Position numbers and translations under genes: made by a program | NCBI RefSeq assembly: GCF_964355755.1 | Contig: NC_092676.1 | Coordinates: 6,487,888-6,551,887 of the forward strand | From: Antedon mediterranea | Lineage: Eukaryota > Animalia > Echinodermata | Length of the DNA: 64,000 nt | Reading direction: 5' to 3' | Shown here: positions 37,901-56,918 of the stretch, in pieces | How the letters are laid out: each line of letters opens with the position of its first letter | How positions within the stretch are numbered: the first letter of the stretch is position 1 | The notes under the pieces: model-generated | Told to the model about the DNA's origin: nothing | Databases searched by the model: none | The model's input: only the letters and a program-made list of their open reading frames with translations

Positions 37901-40419
37901 TATCAAGAATCACTCAAGAATGGAATCTTACTGTGCAGGTGGGTGCTGTCTTGGGGATTAAGGGGTTCATCCAAAATGTTTTTATTATAAAATTAAACAA
38001 TTAAATAAAATCAACAAAATAGTTCTTTGTTTCATATTGGTGACAGAAAATATCAAGACCTGATTATATCAAGAAATGAATATGTTAAGAACTTAACATT
38101 TAAAGAGATGTACTGTATATGTTAAAGATGTGTTGTCCCTTCGAATAATTCCAAAAAAATGTGTAAACAAATATTTCGAAAAAAAGTGGGTCATTTTGAA
38201 GTATCATAATAGTTATTAACTTTCACCAAAAATTAGTTGGAAAAAAAAATAATTTAACTGAAATGCAGACGTTTTTTTTGTTGTTTGTTTTTTCGATCAG
38301 AACATCTCATAATGCAACGCGATTGTTTGTTTTTTGACTTAAAGTGAATAACTTTAATATTACTTTGATATGGCCAATTTAAATTTAGAATATTTTGACA
38401 TTCTGATTTTTTGTGTTTCAAGGGACAATACATCTTTAATGTCATTTACAGGAAGGCTGATTCCAAATTAAGTCCAGTGCGATCAAGGCTTTTTCCTTTA
38501 CATACAAGAATTTAATGCTCTTCTTCAATATAATTAATCTTTTAGGCTCTTAAAAAAATTCCACCCTGGATTTACCGCGAAGATTGACAAAGGTAAAATG
38601 CCATTTAACCAGAGGTGCAATGTTGAAAACTTCTGCGAGGGATTAAAAACCTTTGGCCTACAAGAGATGGAGTTGTTCCAGGTCAACGACCTCTTTGAAG
38701 GAAAAAATCTTGCCCAGGTCACTGCCTGCATCGTCGCCTTTGCTCGACATGTAAGTACATTACTTTGCACTTGTTATGAGTAAAACCTTTTTAAGAGGAG
38801 TAAAAACAATGTCCTGTTTTTAAAGGATGTCATTATGAAGATGTTCTACTTTGATGTAGAATCTAACACTTTGTTAAAAGATATAAAAAAGTAATAATTT
38901 TTGGAACAATGTGGTTTATCTTATATGCTCATCCTCCAAAAAGGATGTTTAGTAGGATATGAAACGATCGATTACATTTTAGCCCATGATACTGAAGTGA
39001 ACTGATTTATACATCTGGCTGAAGAGAAGTAATTTCCTTTCCCGCAGCGCCACCAGTGAATAGGGTTCGAACCCCAACTTTACAGAAAACTGACACCAAG
39101 TTTTTTTTATAGAAATGACTTAATATTTATGTTTTGTCATTTTTATGTTGAAACATTTTTTAGCTTTATAATATTTTTGGTTATGTTTTTGTTTTCTTTT
39201 GAATGTCATTTTGTTCAATTAAATAAAAAATAAATAAAAGTATAGTTGTTTGAATGATTTGTTTGCACATATAGAATGCAATTTTTTTTTTGTGTTTTTG
39301 TTCATTATTACTAAAATATTTTAAGATACCTTGTATGATTTAAAATTAGCAAAGTATGTAAAGTCTCCTTTAAGTTTTGTTTAAAATTGCAAAACAATGA
39401 CAGAGAGTTCACTGATTGGTCGCCCTTTTCAAGAAATTACATAAAAATCTGTTAAAATGAGAAGAAAGGTCAAAGGTGAGATTGCTTCTTCAGTCTTTAT
39501 TCATTCATTCGATCATTTCATATTTCTTCTTCAACCTTTCTTTCTCACTCTCTTCTTTTCTCTCCTAATTGGCTAACTTTAGTATAATGAATAAACTTGC
39601 TTGTTTCTTCTATTGCAAAATACGTTGCTCAATCTTGCTTTATATTACCGTACTCCAGGAGAAGCACATGTGTTGAGATTTTGAAAATGCAACGAGATTC
39701 AAAACATGCTCCATAAATACAAAATAAATACAATTTTGGAATTTAGAAGTTGTTGAGAACGCCTTTCGACAACATATTTATGAAAAACAAAATGAAATTA
39801 AGGCTTCTTTTTCAAAAATATTATATTTACTCTTTTATACCAACCATGCCTTCATTCTTCGTCGTCCATATTTGTTAAAAAATAAAAATAATCTTAAATG
39901 TTAAATGAAAATCAGAATATTTTTTAAAATAAAATTATACCACTCTTTTTTAACAAATTAAAAAAGCATGCGTTTGTGCCACTACACAAATACAAATAAT
40001 ACTAAACACACATTCTAAATGTTACTGTAGTTTTTATTCTTTCTTTTAAACTTCATTATACTAATACCTTTTTAATATTTGCATCTGTCAAAATTGAATG
40101 TCTTGTTCTGTTTCCAATATGTATGTTATTTGTATTATTATAATTCACCATCTTCCTGTAAATGCACATGATATTAAGTGTTAGTTTTCTGTTTGCATTT
40201 ATTTTGTAGGCACAAAAGCAACCTGGTTATGATGGACCTATTTTGGCTCCAAAGCAGTCTGAAGGTAACGTTCGTGAGTTCTCAGACGAGCAGCTAAAGG
40301 CTGGACAATATACTATTGGCCTCCAGATGGGTACCAACAAATGCGCTTCCCAGGCTGGACAGAACTTTGGTCTTGGTCGACAAGTCACAGATAAGCAAGA
40401 ACACGGAAAAGATTTTTAA
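31978..40419 (+). CDS. Transgelin/myophilin/MP20-like calponin-family protein (CH domain + one calponin repeat), isoform A, 196 aa
   Basis: Exons 31978-32028 (MASQGPSFGMSAEVKRK), 37814-37938 (..ESLKNGILLCR), 38546-38750 (MPFNQRCNVENF..LFQVNDLFEGKNLAQV), 40210-40419 (GPILAPKQSEGNVREFSDEQLKAG..IGLQMGTNKCASQAG). GT-AG and phase-consistent. Confidence 0.92.
33250..33612 (-). mobile_element. L2-clade LINE 3' fragment
   Basis: ORF end APSYLRDIL..RSTRS..LTIPRTKRKTFADRSFAVAGPKIWNRLP..FKKHLK typical of L2/CR1 ORF2; tail gtgaagcgc..gcgctatacaag(taa)n. Confidence 0.85.
36275..36722. repeat. Degenerate ~50-60 bp tandem repeat with hairpin unit TTTGACAGTATTTAAACTGTCAAA
   Basis: Repeated cagtatttgacagtatttaaactgtcaaatactgtattatttatttattc variants. 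Confidence 0.7.
37209..37405. mobile_element. MITE family B, full copy
   Basis: TAA|AGCGTGGTTCCCACTAG...CTAGTGGGAACCAAGCT|TTA; near reverse complement of 5572-5754. Confidence 0.88.
38126..38435. mobile_element. MITE family D with TTAA target duplication (Kolobok-like)
   Basis: TTAA|AGATGTGTTGTCCCTT...AAGGGACAATACATCT|TTAA. Purine-purine start and TTAA TSD fit the Kolobok superfamily. Confidence 0.78.
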
Positions 40420-42600
40420 AAATAAAATAATACTTAAACAAAATTGGAGTTGATATTGCGTTTTAATATGACGCGGAGTGTAGTAGTTGACGCGATTTGT
40501 TAAACGATGACTCAATATGATTATCTAAAGATAAAACCCATTACATAATTAACAACATGTAGGCATACTTATTTAAAAAGTCCACGTTTAATTGCGTGTT
40601 GATTATTTAAACAAGAAATAAACTATGTTACCGGTACATAACACTTTGAACTATCTATATCGTGATTTTAGACACATTGCATGGATTAGGAATTGTAATA
40701 GTCCAATTCTTCCCTGTGTAAATATAGCATAGAAATGTCTTACTGTCGAGGATAAAACATTTGTGGTAAACTACAGCAAATGTTGTCATTGTCATGTCAT
40801 GTAACGACAAATCAAATTCAAGTGGAGAAGGGAAGTCGTGTAATAATTTATGACGTACTGAAGTAGTAAATAACTATTTATATGCTAATTTGCAATAATT
40901 AATAGCTTTATTTTACCTGCACCTTTATATTTTGTATTATATACTGTAATAATACTATTAATTTGTTTTTTCATTTTATTGATATTTATTTAACTATTAG
41001 ATTGCACGAGACCAAACGCGTTACGTTGTCAGTGTTGCATTTGGTATTATTTTTATGTCAAATGTCTTAATTGTTGAAGATACTGCAATTATATGTACAG
41101 CAAAAAAAACACAACTTAACTTAAAATAAATACTTAGCAGAAATCAGTTAAACGTTTATCAAGTTAATCTTACTCCCATGACATTTTCATAATTTAATTT
41201 TTATCAATCTTTCGTCTAATCTGGATTTATGAAATATAAATCGGAAGGTTTATTATGTATTATAATAAACATTTCTTTGCAATTTTATAGTTTTAATATT
41301 TGTCCCTGTAACAATTAATCGCCTAGTGTCATTAATGTAAATTCACAATGCTAAACTATTAGGCACTTAGACATATAATATTTTGTTAGGTCTCGAAAAA
41401 AGATAATAAACATGTTTTACGTAGAATACAGTCATGTATGAGTCGTGTGTTTTTTGTGTGTTTACATCATATGCTTATTTGTTTGTTACTTCTATTAGTT
41501 TCAAATTGCATAATTCTAGATAACGAACAAATGAGCAACTTTTCTCTTGACTACTCCCTTATAACTTCACGTGTTGCCGAAACTTACCTAAAAAGAATAT
41601 ACAGTATCTAAATTCGTTGATATGCTGAATATCTACCGTATAAATAATATGGAAAATACTACCTTGCATGACAAAAAAAAGAAATATAGTTTGACCGATA
41701 TTTCTGTTAACACCAAATTATTTACAACTAAAAGATCACATAGTGTTAGCATTTTACAAAAAAACACATTTTCAGCTGCAGCTATACTGTTTATAAACAA
41801 GTTTTTATTTCAGAATTTATTTTTAGAAATGATGTAAGTTGTTGAAAGTTTGTTGTGAATTAATTCAAATGTTCTAATTCTATAAGAATAATGATTTTTA
41901 TACAATATATCATAATATTTTACTTATAATTTTTGTTGTGACGTTCTAAACAATACTGGATTAATACTTGAAGTCATTAATTCCAAATTTGTTTGTTTTT
42001 TATGTTATGTTTATTTTTAATATGCCATTTTATATATCGCATTATTTTTTTTATCGTTTGTTGTCAATATATGCAATGAATGTATTACGTCACGATTTGC
42101 TACATGGAAACCCTGTGTTTTTTTTAAGTGTTTATTCTTAAAATATGTGTTTTTCTAATTTAATGTGTGTGGTTTATTGTGTGATTAATTTATTTAATAG
42201 ACAATTTGTAGTGTTTTTACTATCATGAGTAGTGTATATGCAAATAAAAAAAAAAGGTCTCTATTTTTAAAACAGAAAAAGATACTGTACTATTGCAAAA
42301 AAAAATACTGTACAATTAAATTGCAAATTGTAGCGACCGACAGAGGGCGGGCTATTTAATATTTCGGCTAATATTGAGAATGAAATAACTCGAGATTTAA
42401 ATAAGCTTTTGTGGCGTCACCAATATATTGCTTTTCTTGAAAATCAATATACATGGTCTGTTGGTATATAAATAAACAAATCAGGAAGATAACTTCGAAA
42501 TTGTGGACGTTGATAGGCCTACTTGACATTTAGGCTGAGTAATAATCTTCTATGCATTCAAACACAATAGTAAAATATACATGTTTGTTTTTTCCCCCAG

Positions 42601-42792
42601 GCTCAAACTCTTCCTGGTTATGATGGGCCGATCCTAGGACCCAAACAGTCTACCAAGAACCATCGTGAATTCACAGACGAGCAATTGCAGGCGGGAAAAT
42701 ACATACATAGTCTGCAATACGGCTCAAACAAGGGAGCGACTCAAGCGGGCCAAAACTTTGGGAAGCCTAGACAGATTTTCCACGACCAATAA
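42601..42792 (+). CDS. Alternative terminal coding exon (4b) of the transgelin-like gene; isoform B, 190 aa
   Basis: Strong acceptor ttgtttttttcccccag, phase 0 like exon 4a. Encodes AQTLPGYDGPILGPKQSTKNHREFTDEQLQAGKYIHSLQYGSNKGATQAGQNFGKPRQIFHDQ*. Confidence 0.88.
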   Translation, partial: AQTLPGYDGPILGPKQSTKNHREFTDEQLQAGKYIHSLQYGSNKGATQAGQNFGKPRQIFHDQ

Positions 42793-43763
42793 ACAATCTG
42801 GGTTTGGGTCACTATGAGAACCTCAAGAGAGGCTAATTATGGATTTGGCAAATGTTAAATTTGATGAAATTGCCTTGATGAAAACGACTCTATTCAAATA
42901 TTGTAATCTTCTTGGGAGGGTATAATGAAATGTTTTTTCTTTCCAATGGAAATTACAACTTTATAATGTATTTTTAGAAAGAAGCGTACTGTTACACATT
43001 ATTTGTGTGAACCTTGATCGGCCTGAATTAAGTAAAAGTAATGTTTTACTTGGTATCATAATTATAACCATGTTTATATTAGTAGGTTAGATATTATGAT
43101 AGTTAAAAACGATTTATATTCCTTCTGTATATTAGAGGCCAAGCCATTTGAAACAATGAAAACAATCTGCATACACTACCCTCAGCTGGAAATATTTTTT
43201 ACGTTGGCGGATTTGCCTTTTTTTTCCAAGTTCAGTGGCTTCTGTTTTTACTAAATTATTAATATTTGAACTGCTGGTTGTGACCAACGTTCGTAATTGA
43301 AATAAAGTCAATGCTATTTGTTCGATTAAGTCAAGGTGAATATTAGACAGTAGGACCTAATTAAGTATTCATTTAATATTCAGCTAATTTGCTAAGTGTC
43401 TCTTCCATTAAATATTGTAAATTATTTGTTAAGCATTTCCAATGCTAGATTCCAGTAGAAATATATAATGTATTTTACCTATTATATTATTGTATTTGTA
43501 TCTATATGTATGTACGTTATTAACATGCTCCATGCTCAAGTATACAATTAGCACACGCAAAGAATAACAACATAATACACTTTCCATAACAAGTAAATAA
43601 CACAAAACGCGTGACGACAGAAACACTGCGTGAGCTTTTAAAGGCAGAGACCTGCGAGCAAGAAATGTAACCAATTAACCGACGGGACATTAATTATATA
43701 AAACGATGAAATATCAACAATATTTGCACATTGGTGCTCTGAACACGAGAACATTATTGTTAA

Positions 43764-43885
43764 GCCTTGTCTAGATTATCGAACTAGTTTGACAAAAACA
43801 AGTGTTGTGTGCCCAAATATGGTAGCGATATGCCCAAATATGGTAGTGATGGTACGTAAAGTTTGATAGTAGTGTATACAGCTCA
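43764..43885. mobile_element. MITE family A copy
   Basis: gccttgtctagattatcgaactagtttgac...aagtttgatagtagtgtatacagct; two CCAAATATGG. Confidence 0.75.
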
Positions 43886-45109
43886 AGAATGGATAAAGCT
43901 ACAATTTGTTGTTTGGAAAAAGTAGTCTCCATTTTTAAATTCCGTTTTACTATTCTTTTACAACAGAGCATTATAGTATGGTAATGTTTATTTACATTGT
44001 TCAAATTATGCACTAATTCATTTACTGTAATTGCTGTTTACGTTAATACATGGTAATACACGGTACCGTATTGTATGATCACGTTCTGCATATTTACATT
44101 ACCAGCAATTTGTATTGCCTTCACTCATCATACAAATAGAAAAATGGTTTAATTTCTCATATTTGAATTTTCAAAACACATGCCATTCGGATTTTGTCGA
44201 CAATTCTAAATTGATTTTGTGTAACAATGCATTGCATATTTGCCGCCAAATCACACTTGTATGGCACGCGGGTAACAATACTTTGACACGTTATAGTGTC
44301 ATAGCCTGTACACTGTATAATAGGCAACTTTCGTTCAGACGATATGACCAGTTTGCTACAAATGCTCACAGGCAAGCTTAAAAACTTAGTGTTCCTTTTG
44401 CCTTTCTTTTGTCTACAGTTAACAATATTTTAAGAATGTAAACGCTTTGAACAGAAAAAAAAATCTTCAATTATTAATTACCAAATTGAAGGAGATATAG
44501 GCATGTATGTTTTTAACAGAGAATGATTAAGGTAAGAAAAATAAAACTGTATGCAAATTTATTTATATTTTTATATGCATATGTTTCATTATTTACCGGC
44601 TGAAAGCTTGGACTAATTCATACGTTAAAATATTCATCAACTAAAAGTCTAATCTTTTTTGTGGAAACTTCACGTTACATTTAAAATTAGACTCATAAAT
44701 AGCCTAGATAAATCAAAGAGACTAACTTGCATGACTCATTGATACGTAGGGCCTAGTAAATTATACAACAATGCTGACGAATAAGTAAGTGTAAAAGATA
44801 TATTTTTTTTTTACAAAAAATCAGAAATTTGTACAATTTTGATCGTTATATTTATTTCTCGCCACGGTCTGGTTTTGATATGCGCGACTTTTGACCCTAC
44901 CTACTGACAGCCAGTGAAATTGAATTTGCTAATTCAAGCAGAAGAGCTCAGTGACACGATAGAATGGAGCTACAATACCGAACTGATAAAATATCGATCG
45001 TATACTGATCGATTTTGAAGCATCTCTAGACAAGGACTTTCTCTGTGTCAAACCACACGGCTAAACGTCTCTTCACAGACTACACGGCTGAGACTGAGAC
45101 GATGTAAAC

Positions 45110-50627
<5,518 letters not shown>

Positions 50628-51519
50628 ACAGTTGTTTAGACTTACCAGTAGCGTTATGTAAGCGACGTACATATTTTGCTGCGAATTAGCGTTTGTTTTA
50701 CGCTGCCTTTCTCATAACGCACAGAGCAGTAGGCTACGACATTAATGAACTCTACTTCGTGGATGCGTTAGTGATTTTTACGCCGGCCAAAAACACAAAC
50801 CGTTATCAGATTACTATTGATTAGGAACTTCCAACGAGAGATGGATTAACGTACACCTTGTGTGTTAGATTAGCAACCTTGACACCGTGTGTCTGAACGT
50901 ATGATTTCTAATTGATACTTCCAGAGTGATGCATAGCCTACTCCAATTTAAAACCAATTTAATGAGCATGTACAATTTAGTCGCTATACCGAAACGTATC
51001 TAATTAATTATGCAAACAATATACCATCGAATTAGTATATGCACATTTAATATACATCTACTAATATTTGTATAGAGTAAATTACAATATTTTTATATCA
51101 TAATAATATTTTGTCGAGAGCTATATTATTTATAGAGGGCGTAGGGCAATTCAATTTTGTGGTCAAGCAAGGATTCTTTTTACCAGTTATTCACTTATTA
51201 CCGTGTGAGATTCTTCGTTCTTGGTTATGTCTTTCTTTTCGTCCCTTCAATTTAGCTCATATAGAGTTTTGTAATATAGAGTAATGTTGGCTTAATATTA
51301 GTTTACAGTAGTTTCATCAAGATAATATTGATTGCATTATTTTAAAACCTGACTTTATTTAAGCTATATAGGCCTATGGGAATGCATTATGAAGTTATTT
51401 TATATTTTATTTATAAATGTGCAATACTTTTAATAATTATGACTTTAATACTATGCTTCAGACCATATTACTGTACAAATTAACAAGAACAATATTATTT
51501 ATTACAACATAATTATTAA

Positions 51520-51803
51520 AGATGTATTGTCCCCCTGAAAAAATAATTCTTAAACATTTTTTGTTTGAATAGGCCTATGCCATTTTAATGTCACCTAATA
51601 GTTATCCACTTTGACCAAAAATTAGATCGAAAAGAAAATGTATTTACCTAAAAAACTGTAATTTAAAGCAACAAATAGTAAAATCGGCTGACAGCCAATG
51701 GGTTTTTGGTTTTTTCGGAAGTGATTAACTTTATTAACTACAAAATAATCTATTCAAAGTCTGATCTTATTAATCTTTGTTTTTTTGGGGGACAATAACA
51801 TCT
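51520..51803. mobile_element. MITE family D (Kolobok-like, TTAA TSD)
   Basis: TTAA|AGATGTATTGTCCCCC...GGGGGACAATAACATCT|TTAA. Confidence 0.78.
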
Positions 51804-52380
51804 TTAATATTCAGATGTTGTAACCTTAAAGTATAATATTTATATAATATATAGTTGACATTAGTCGACCCGCTTTGATAATGTATAGAATTTAATTCCG
51901 GCGATATTATATTTGAAATTTCTAACAAATGAATGATTAAATCTGTGCAAATTGCTCGCCAGGTAAATAATTGTTTTCATTGTTCTGTAGGTCGTATTCA
52001 CTAACCAACATAATTGCGTAATTGCAGCGACCGGTTGCCATGGTGCCGTAAACATTAATATCACGCTTTGTAGATTCTCGGATGACGTCAACGTAAATAA
52101 CACCGTGTTGTTGTAATAGTACGCCGCGCGATTAGCACGCACTAAAAATACTTGATGCGACGTCATAATGCAGTGTAGATTACGAGCGTAGCGCGTGTAG
52201 CCTCTTCTGACGTCATCTTTATAGTGATAATGTGCTTTGATGAAACATCCAAATCAGCGGATTACTTCAATAGAAAGAAAATCAGGAAAATACAGCTTCT
52301 GAAGTGTATTGTATTCAGTGTTATACTCCAATTATTAGAGCAAATAGCAATTGCTCTAAATAATCAAGCGCTTGAGATTA

Positions 52381-52512
52381 AGCTCTGTCTATATTACTGT
52401 ATCAAAAAATAAATATGATCTACCCAATGGACACGATGACGTCATATAACTACCATATTTGGGCACATCACACTTTAAAAAAAAAATGTTTGATATGTGT
52501 ATAGGCAGAGCT
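52381..52512. mobile_element. MITE family A copy with TTA TSD
   Basis: TTA|AGCTCTGTCTA...TAGGCAGAGCT|TTA; internal CCATATTTGG. Confidence 0.8.
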
Positions 52513-54244
52513 TTAGAATGCATAAACTGCGCTTGACGTATAACTATAAGAAAGATCGTGTGAAAGTACCCTTACGTCGCATTATAACGTCTTTTCCAAT
52601 GTTCGTATTAAGACGATGCTTAAATGCATAACGGTTGGTATGGCTTATTGGGTAAGCGGCGGCAATGTACTTTTCTATCTTTTATTTCTCCGTTTGATGC
52701 ACTGCAGGTTTGAAAGGCACTAATATAAATGTCTTTGATCGTTTTAGAAACAAATAACCGAGTTTACAACATATTTTGTACGGATTAATGCTAATGAATA
52801 ATGATTTTGTTTGTAACAAATGTGGATTAGAACACGAAAATCAATTTCTCTAACCGTGAGTGGACTTTTAGTGTATAAACCAATGATATCCGATTTGTTT
52901 GCACCGAATTGCACATGCGCATTAAAAACACGGAGGCTGTCAATTTTCCAATTAATCTTGGAGTGAATATTGTACTCCTTGCATCGATTTTCTCTCGCTG
53001 TCTCTGTGTCAGTTGACAGTGAATGGAGGTTGAAAAAGCACCGTGTGTAGGCAGCCATAAAATGCTCTCTCATTAAAGAAGCGAAACGTACTTCTTAATA
53101 CCGGAATGGATGCTTTAGGATACGCTTACTACTCACCGCCATGGAAAACAAAATTACGAGAAGCAGGCAAGAAAATAACAAATATTTTTACGTCTTTCGA
53201 GGATTATATTGCGCCGGTATATTACCTTGATCGTTCTTATAGGTGAGTGACCATTTCTTTTTTTCAATGTGATAATTGAATAAAATTATTAACGCTAATT
53301 GAAGATTGATTGTAGATTTTATGAAACCCGAAGGACAAATAGTAGATTTTATCATATTATTATTAGCTTTCATCTTAAAGATAACAAACAGATCGTTTTG
53401 TATCTTAAGCATGGCAAACAGTTCAATTAGTACACGACAAATTTGTGTATATTTGAATACGACGACGATAGTATGGAAAAGTGAAGGACAGAATATTGAT
53501 GGAAAGAGAACAATTAATCAGAGACTTAAAATATTTCAATGTATCGAGGTTGATATCCTCAATGTTATATACGGATACCCAAATAGTAATAACCTCTATT
53601 AAGGGGACACCTTTGTGACCGAATGATGTGTCACATTAATAGTGGTGTCCACTTAATTGACGTTGGACGTTTAGTGTTATATTATTGTCTATTCACAGAA
53701 AGTGTCTCTTTAATAGGGTTATCTCTTGTAGGCGTTGGACATTTAGTTTTATACTAATATTGTCCCTTTACAGAAAGTGCACCAAAGGAAGGGTCCTATA
53801 ACTGATAGAAATAAGATCTTTTTTGTTTAATTTGTACTTGTTTTTATTTACTATTTAAAAAATATATAAAAATCATTTTATGAATTTCAATTTATAAATT
53901 TATACTGCACCTATTCCATAAAATAAACAATAGAATATTTCATAAAAAGTTAAAATCACCCATAGCAAAAAACTAGGCCTAAAGTTACCTTAATATAATA
54001 ACATTTGACAATGTTCCAGATTGTTTAGAAATGGTAATCTAATAATTGGTAATTGAGAATTTAAGTTAAGTTAAAACAAAGATCTGACACAATTATTATG
54101 AATTAATAATTATAATAATGAAATACGAATTTAATACACATATACTATATATAGTATCCCCTATATATTATATAATGTATTATAATAACTATCTTCTTGA
54201 TTACGATGGATTAAGGTTTAGTAGTCAAAATTTCTAAACCTTAC

Positions 54245-54406
54245 AGCTCTGTCTACACTATGAAACTAGATTGACAAAAAAAGTGTTAGGCCTATGTGCC
54301 CAAATATGAAAGTGATATGCTCAAATATGGTAGTGATATCATCATGTCCATTATATGGGCACATCACATTTTTTGTCACATAAAGTTTGATAGTGTAGAC
54401 AGTGCT
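54245..54406. mobile_element. MITE family A copy
   Basis: AGCTCTGTCTACACTAT...TAGTGTAGACAGTGCT. Confidence 0.82.
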
Positions 54407-54609
54407 TTATATACAAACATACTCTCACTTATGTTGAAAACAAAATGGAACTTAGCAACAGCGACGACGCGATCCGCGGAATAATCCAGCGTCAAGTTAC
54501 ATCAATCGATACGAGCGCTAAATATCGAATAATAATTAACACCCACGTGACTCTGATACTCCGTATAGGCATTATGTCTACGTTGTTAACACAACCCCGT
54601 GGGATGATA

Positions 54610-54925
54610 ATATTAATATTATTATTAGTATTGAATATTGTTTGTTTAATGATTAGTATATTAATATTAGTATTGAATAATATTGATTAGTATTAATATT
54701 AGTATTGAATAATATTGATTAGTATTAATATTAGTATTGAATAATATTGATTAGTATTAATATTAGTATTGAATAATATTGATTAGTATTAATATTAGTA
54801 TTGAATAATATTGATTAGTATTAATATTAGTATTGAATAATATTGATTAGTATTAATATTAGTATTGAATAATATTGATTAGTATTAATATTAGTATTGA
54901 ATAATATTGATTAGTATTAATATTA
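54610..54925. repeat. 32-bp AT-rich minisatellite (~9-10 copies)
   Basis: Unit TATTAATATTAGTATTGAATAATATTGATTAG. Confidence 0.92.
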
Positions 54926-55601
54926 TAACTATGTTACTAGATTGCTTCACATGTGGAGTTTATACCAATGTTACAGATACAGTAAATGCCTATAGCGTGT
55001 CCGTTGTGTGGTTAAGAATGATTTCTGAATTATAAAGTTTAGTTTTCAGTTAGAAAGGAACACATGGACTAAGCGCAACGCAAGATAATTTACTAATCAC
55101 CTATTGTGTCGTGATTGGTCAAATCTTTTGCGCTTACGTGCTTGCGTTGCGTCATATTGGAATCAACCTTTCGTCGACATAATAGTGAAAAAGGGGTGGA
55201 GACTGGTCGATTTCCCTTGACACAAAGAAAACGTTGATAACAATCATGAAGGAGTGAAACATATCAAGCCCCGCCCTACCCCTACACCCAAGATAACACA
55301 ACCTACGACGCAGCACGCGTGGATATAGATTGCCTGAATATACTGTATAAATATTATAGTATTATTAATATTATTGTTAGTGACTAATCTAAACTAATTC
55401 TATTGTTGCATGTATTTCGATATTGTTTTTAAAAACTTTATTACCCCTCAGTAACAACGTAACGTCACGTAAACCCCTAGAAATAACTCGCAGTTTCATA
55501 ATATATGCAATAAATTTGCAGAGAGTATATTCTGCCTATAATTACACAGTTGGGAACATATTTTGGGTTTTGTTATAATACAGTAGTAATACATATTCTC
55601 G

Positions 55602-56065
55602 ATTAAATGCCTAATGTTTACAATTAATTGCCTAATGTTTACAATTAAATGCCTAATGTTTACAATTAAATGCCTAAGGTTTATCATTAAATGCCTAATG
55701 TTTATCATTAAATGCCTAATGTTTACAATTAAATGCCTAATGTTTACAATTAAATGCCTAATGTTTATCATTAAATGCCTAATGTTTATCATTAAATGCC
55801 TAATGTTTATTATTAAATGCCTAATGTTTACAATTAAATGCCTAATGATTACAATTAAATGCCTAATGTTTACAATTAAATGCCTAATGTTTACAATTAA
55901 ATGCCTAATGTTTACAATTAAATGCCTAATGTTTACAATTAAATGCCTAATGTTTACAATTAAATGCCTAATGTTTATCATTAAATGCCTAATGTTTACA
56001 ATTAAATGCCTAATGTTTACAATTAAATGCCTAATGTTTATCATTAAATGCCTAATGTTTATCAT
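55602..56065. repeat. 21-bp minisatellite (~22 copies)
   Basis: Unit ATTAAATGCCTAATGTTTA(CA/TC); gives spurious ORFs on both strands. Confidence 0.95.
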
Positions 56066-56517
56066 TGTCTTCCTTCTACGAGAACACGGATACTAAGAGT
56101 ACCGCATTGAAATTTCAAAAATTAAGAAACTACCATAGTAAATAATAATAATATATCTTATATATCTGATAGATGAGATTTCTATCACTCCTTAAACAGT
56201 GACAAATTTAATGTTAAGAAATCGAAAATATGCATTGTTGAAACTGGTCTTTGTTGTGTTTGTTATACTTTAACAGATGTTGCTATAAATAACATTCATC
56301 TCGGGTGCGAGCTGAGAATAAAAGACGCTAAAAGTGCTAAAAAGCCTATATCAGTCATTCGTGACGTCAGATAACTAAAATGCGTTCAAATGATGACGTC
56401 AAATATAATGTCAAGCATTTATGCATTTGTCTTTATCTATTAGAATTACACTATTTGTCCTTACTTCGTTATTAACAATAAAAAAATTCACTGAATGTCC
56501 AGGCGTTTGTACCAACA

Positions 56518-56600
56518 AGTACGGTGGCCGAGTGGTTAAGGCGTTGGACTTAAGTTCCAATGGACGTATGTCCGCATGGGTTCGAACCCCATCCGTACTA
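56518..56600 (+). tRNA. tRNA-Leu (TAA)
   Basis: 83 nt; acceptor AGTACGG/CCGTACT+A, A-box TGGCCGAGTGG, anticodon arm TTGGA CT TAA GT TCCAA, long variable arm, T-arm ATGGG TTCGAAC CCCAT, TTTT terminator. Confidence 0.95.
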
Positions 56601-56676
56601 AAGTTTTAAGAAATTATATAAAGCTTATGGTATTAAAGAAATAAAATCGCTGAATGCCAAGGCGTTTGTTACAACA

Positions 56677-56759
56677 AGTACGGTGGCCGAGTGGTTAAGG
56701 CGTTGGACTTAAGTTCCAATGGACGTATGTCCGCATGGGTTCGAACCCCATCCGTACTA
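56677..56759 (+). tRNA. tRNA-Leu (TAA)
   Basis: Identical to 56518-56600; TTTT terminator. Confidence 0.95.
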
Positions 56760-56835
56760 AAATTTTAAGAAATTATTTAAAGCTTATGGTATTAAAGAAA
56801 TAAAATCGCTGGATGCCAAGGCGTTTGTTACAACA

Positions 56836-56918
56836 AGTACGGTGGCCGAGTGGTTAAGGCGTTAGACTTAAATTCCAATGGACGTATGTCCGCATGGGTT
56901 CGAACCCCATCCGTACTA
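56836..56918 (+). tRNA. tRNA-Leu (TAA), variant copy, possibly a pseudogene
   Basis: Anticodon arm TTAGA CT TAA AT TCCAA has a stem mismatch and G37>A; only TTT follows the gene. Confidence 0.75.

Noticed and set aside
55496-56096. 189-aa and 160-aa heptad-repeat ORFs
   Set aside because: Artefacts of a stop-free 21-bp minisatellite.
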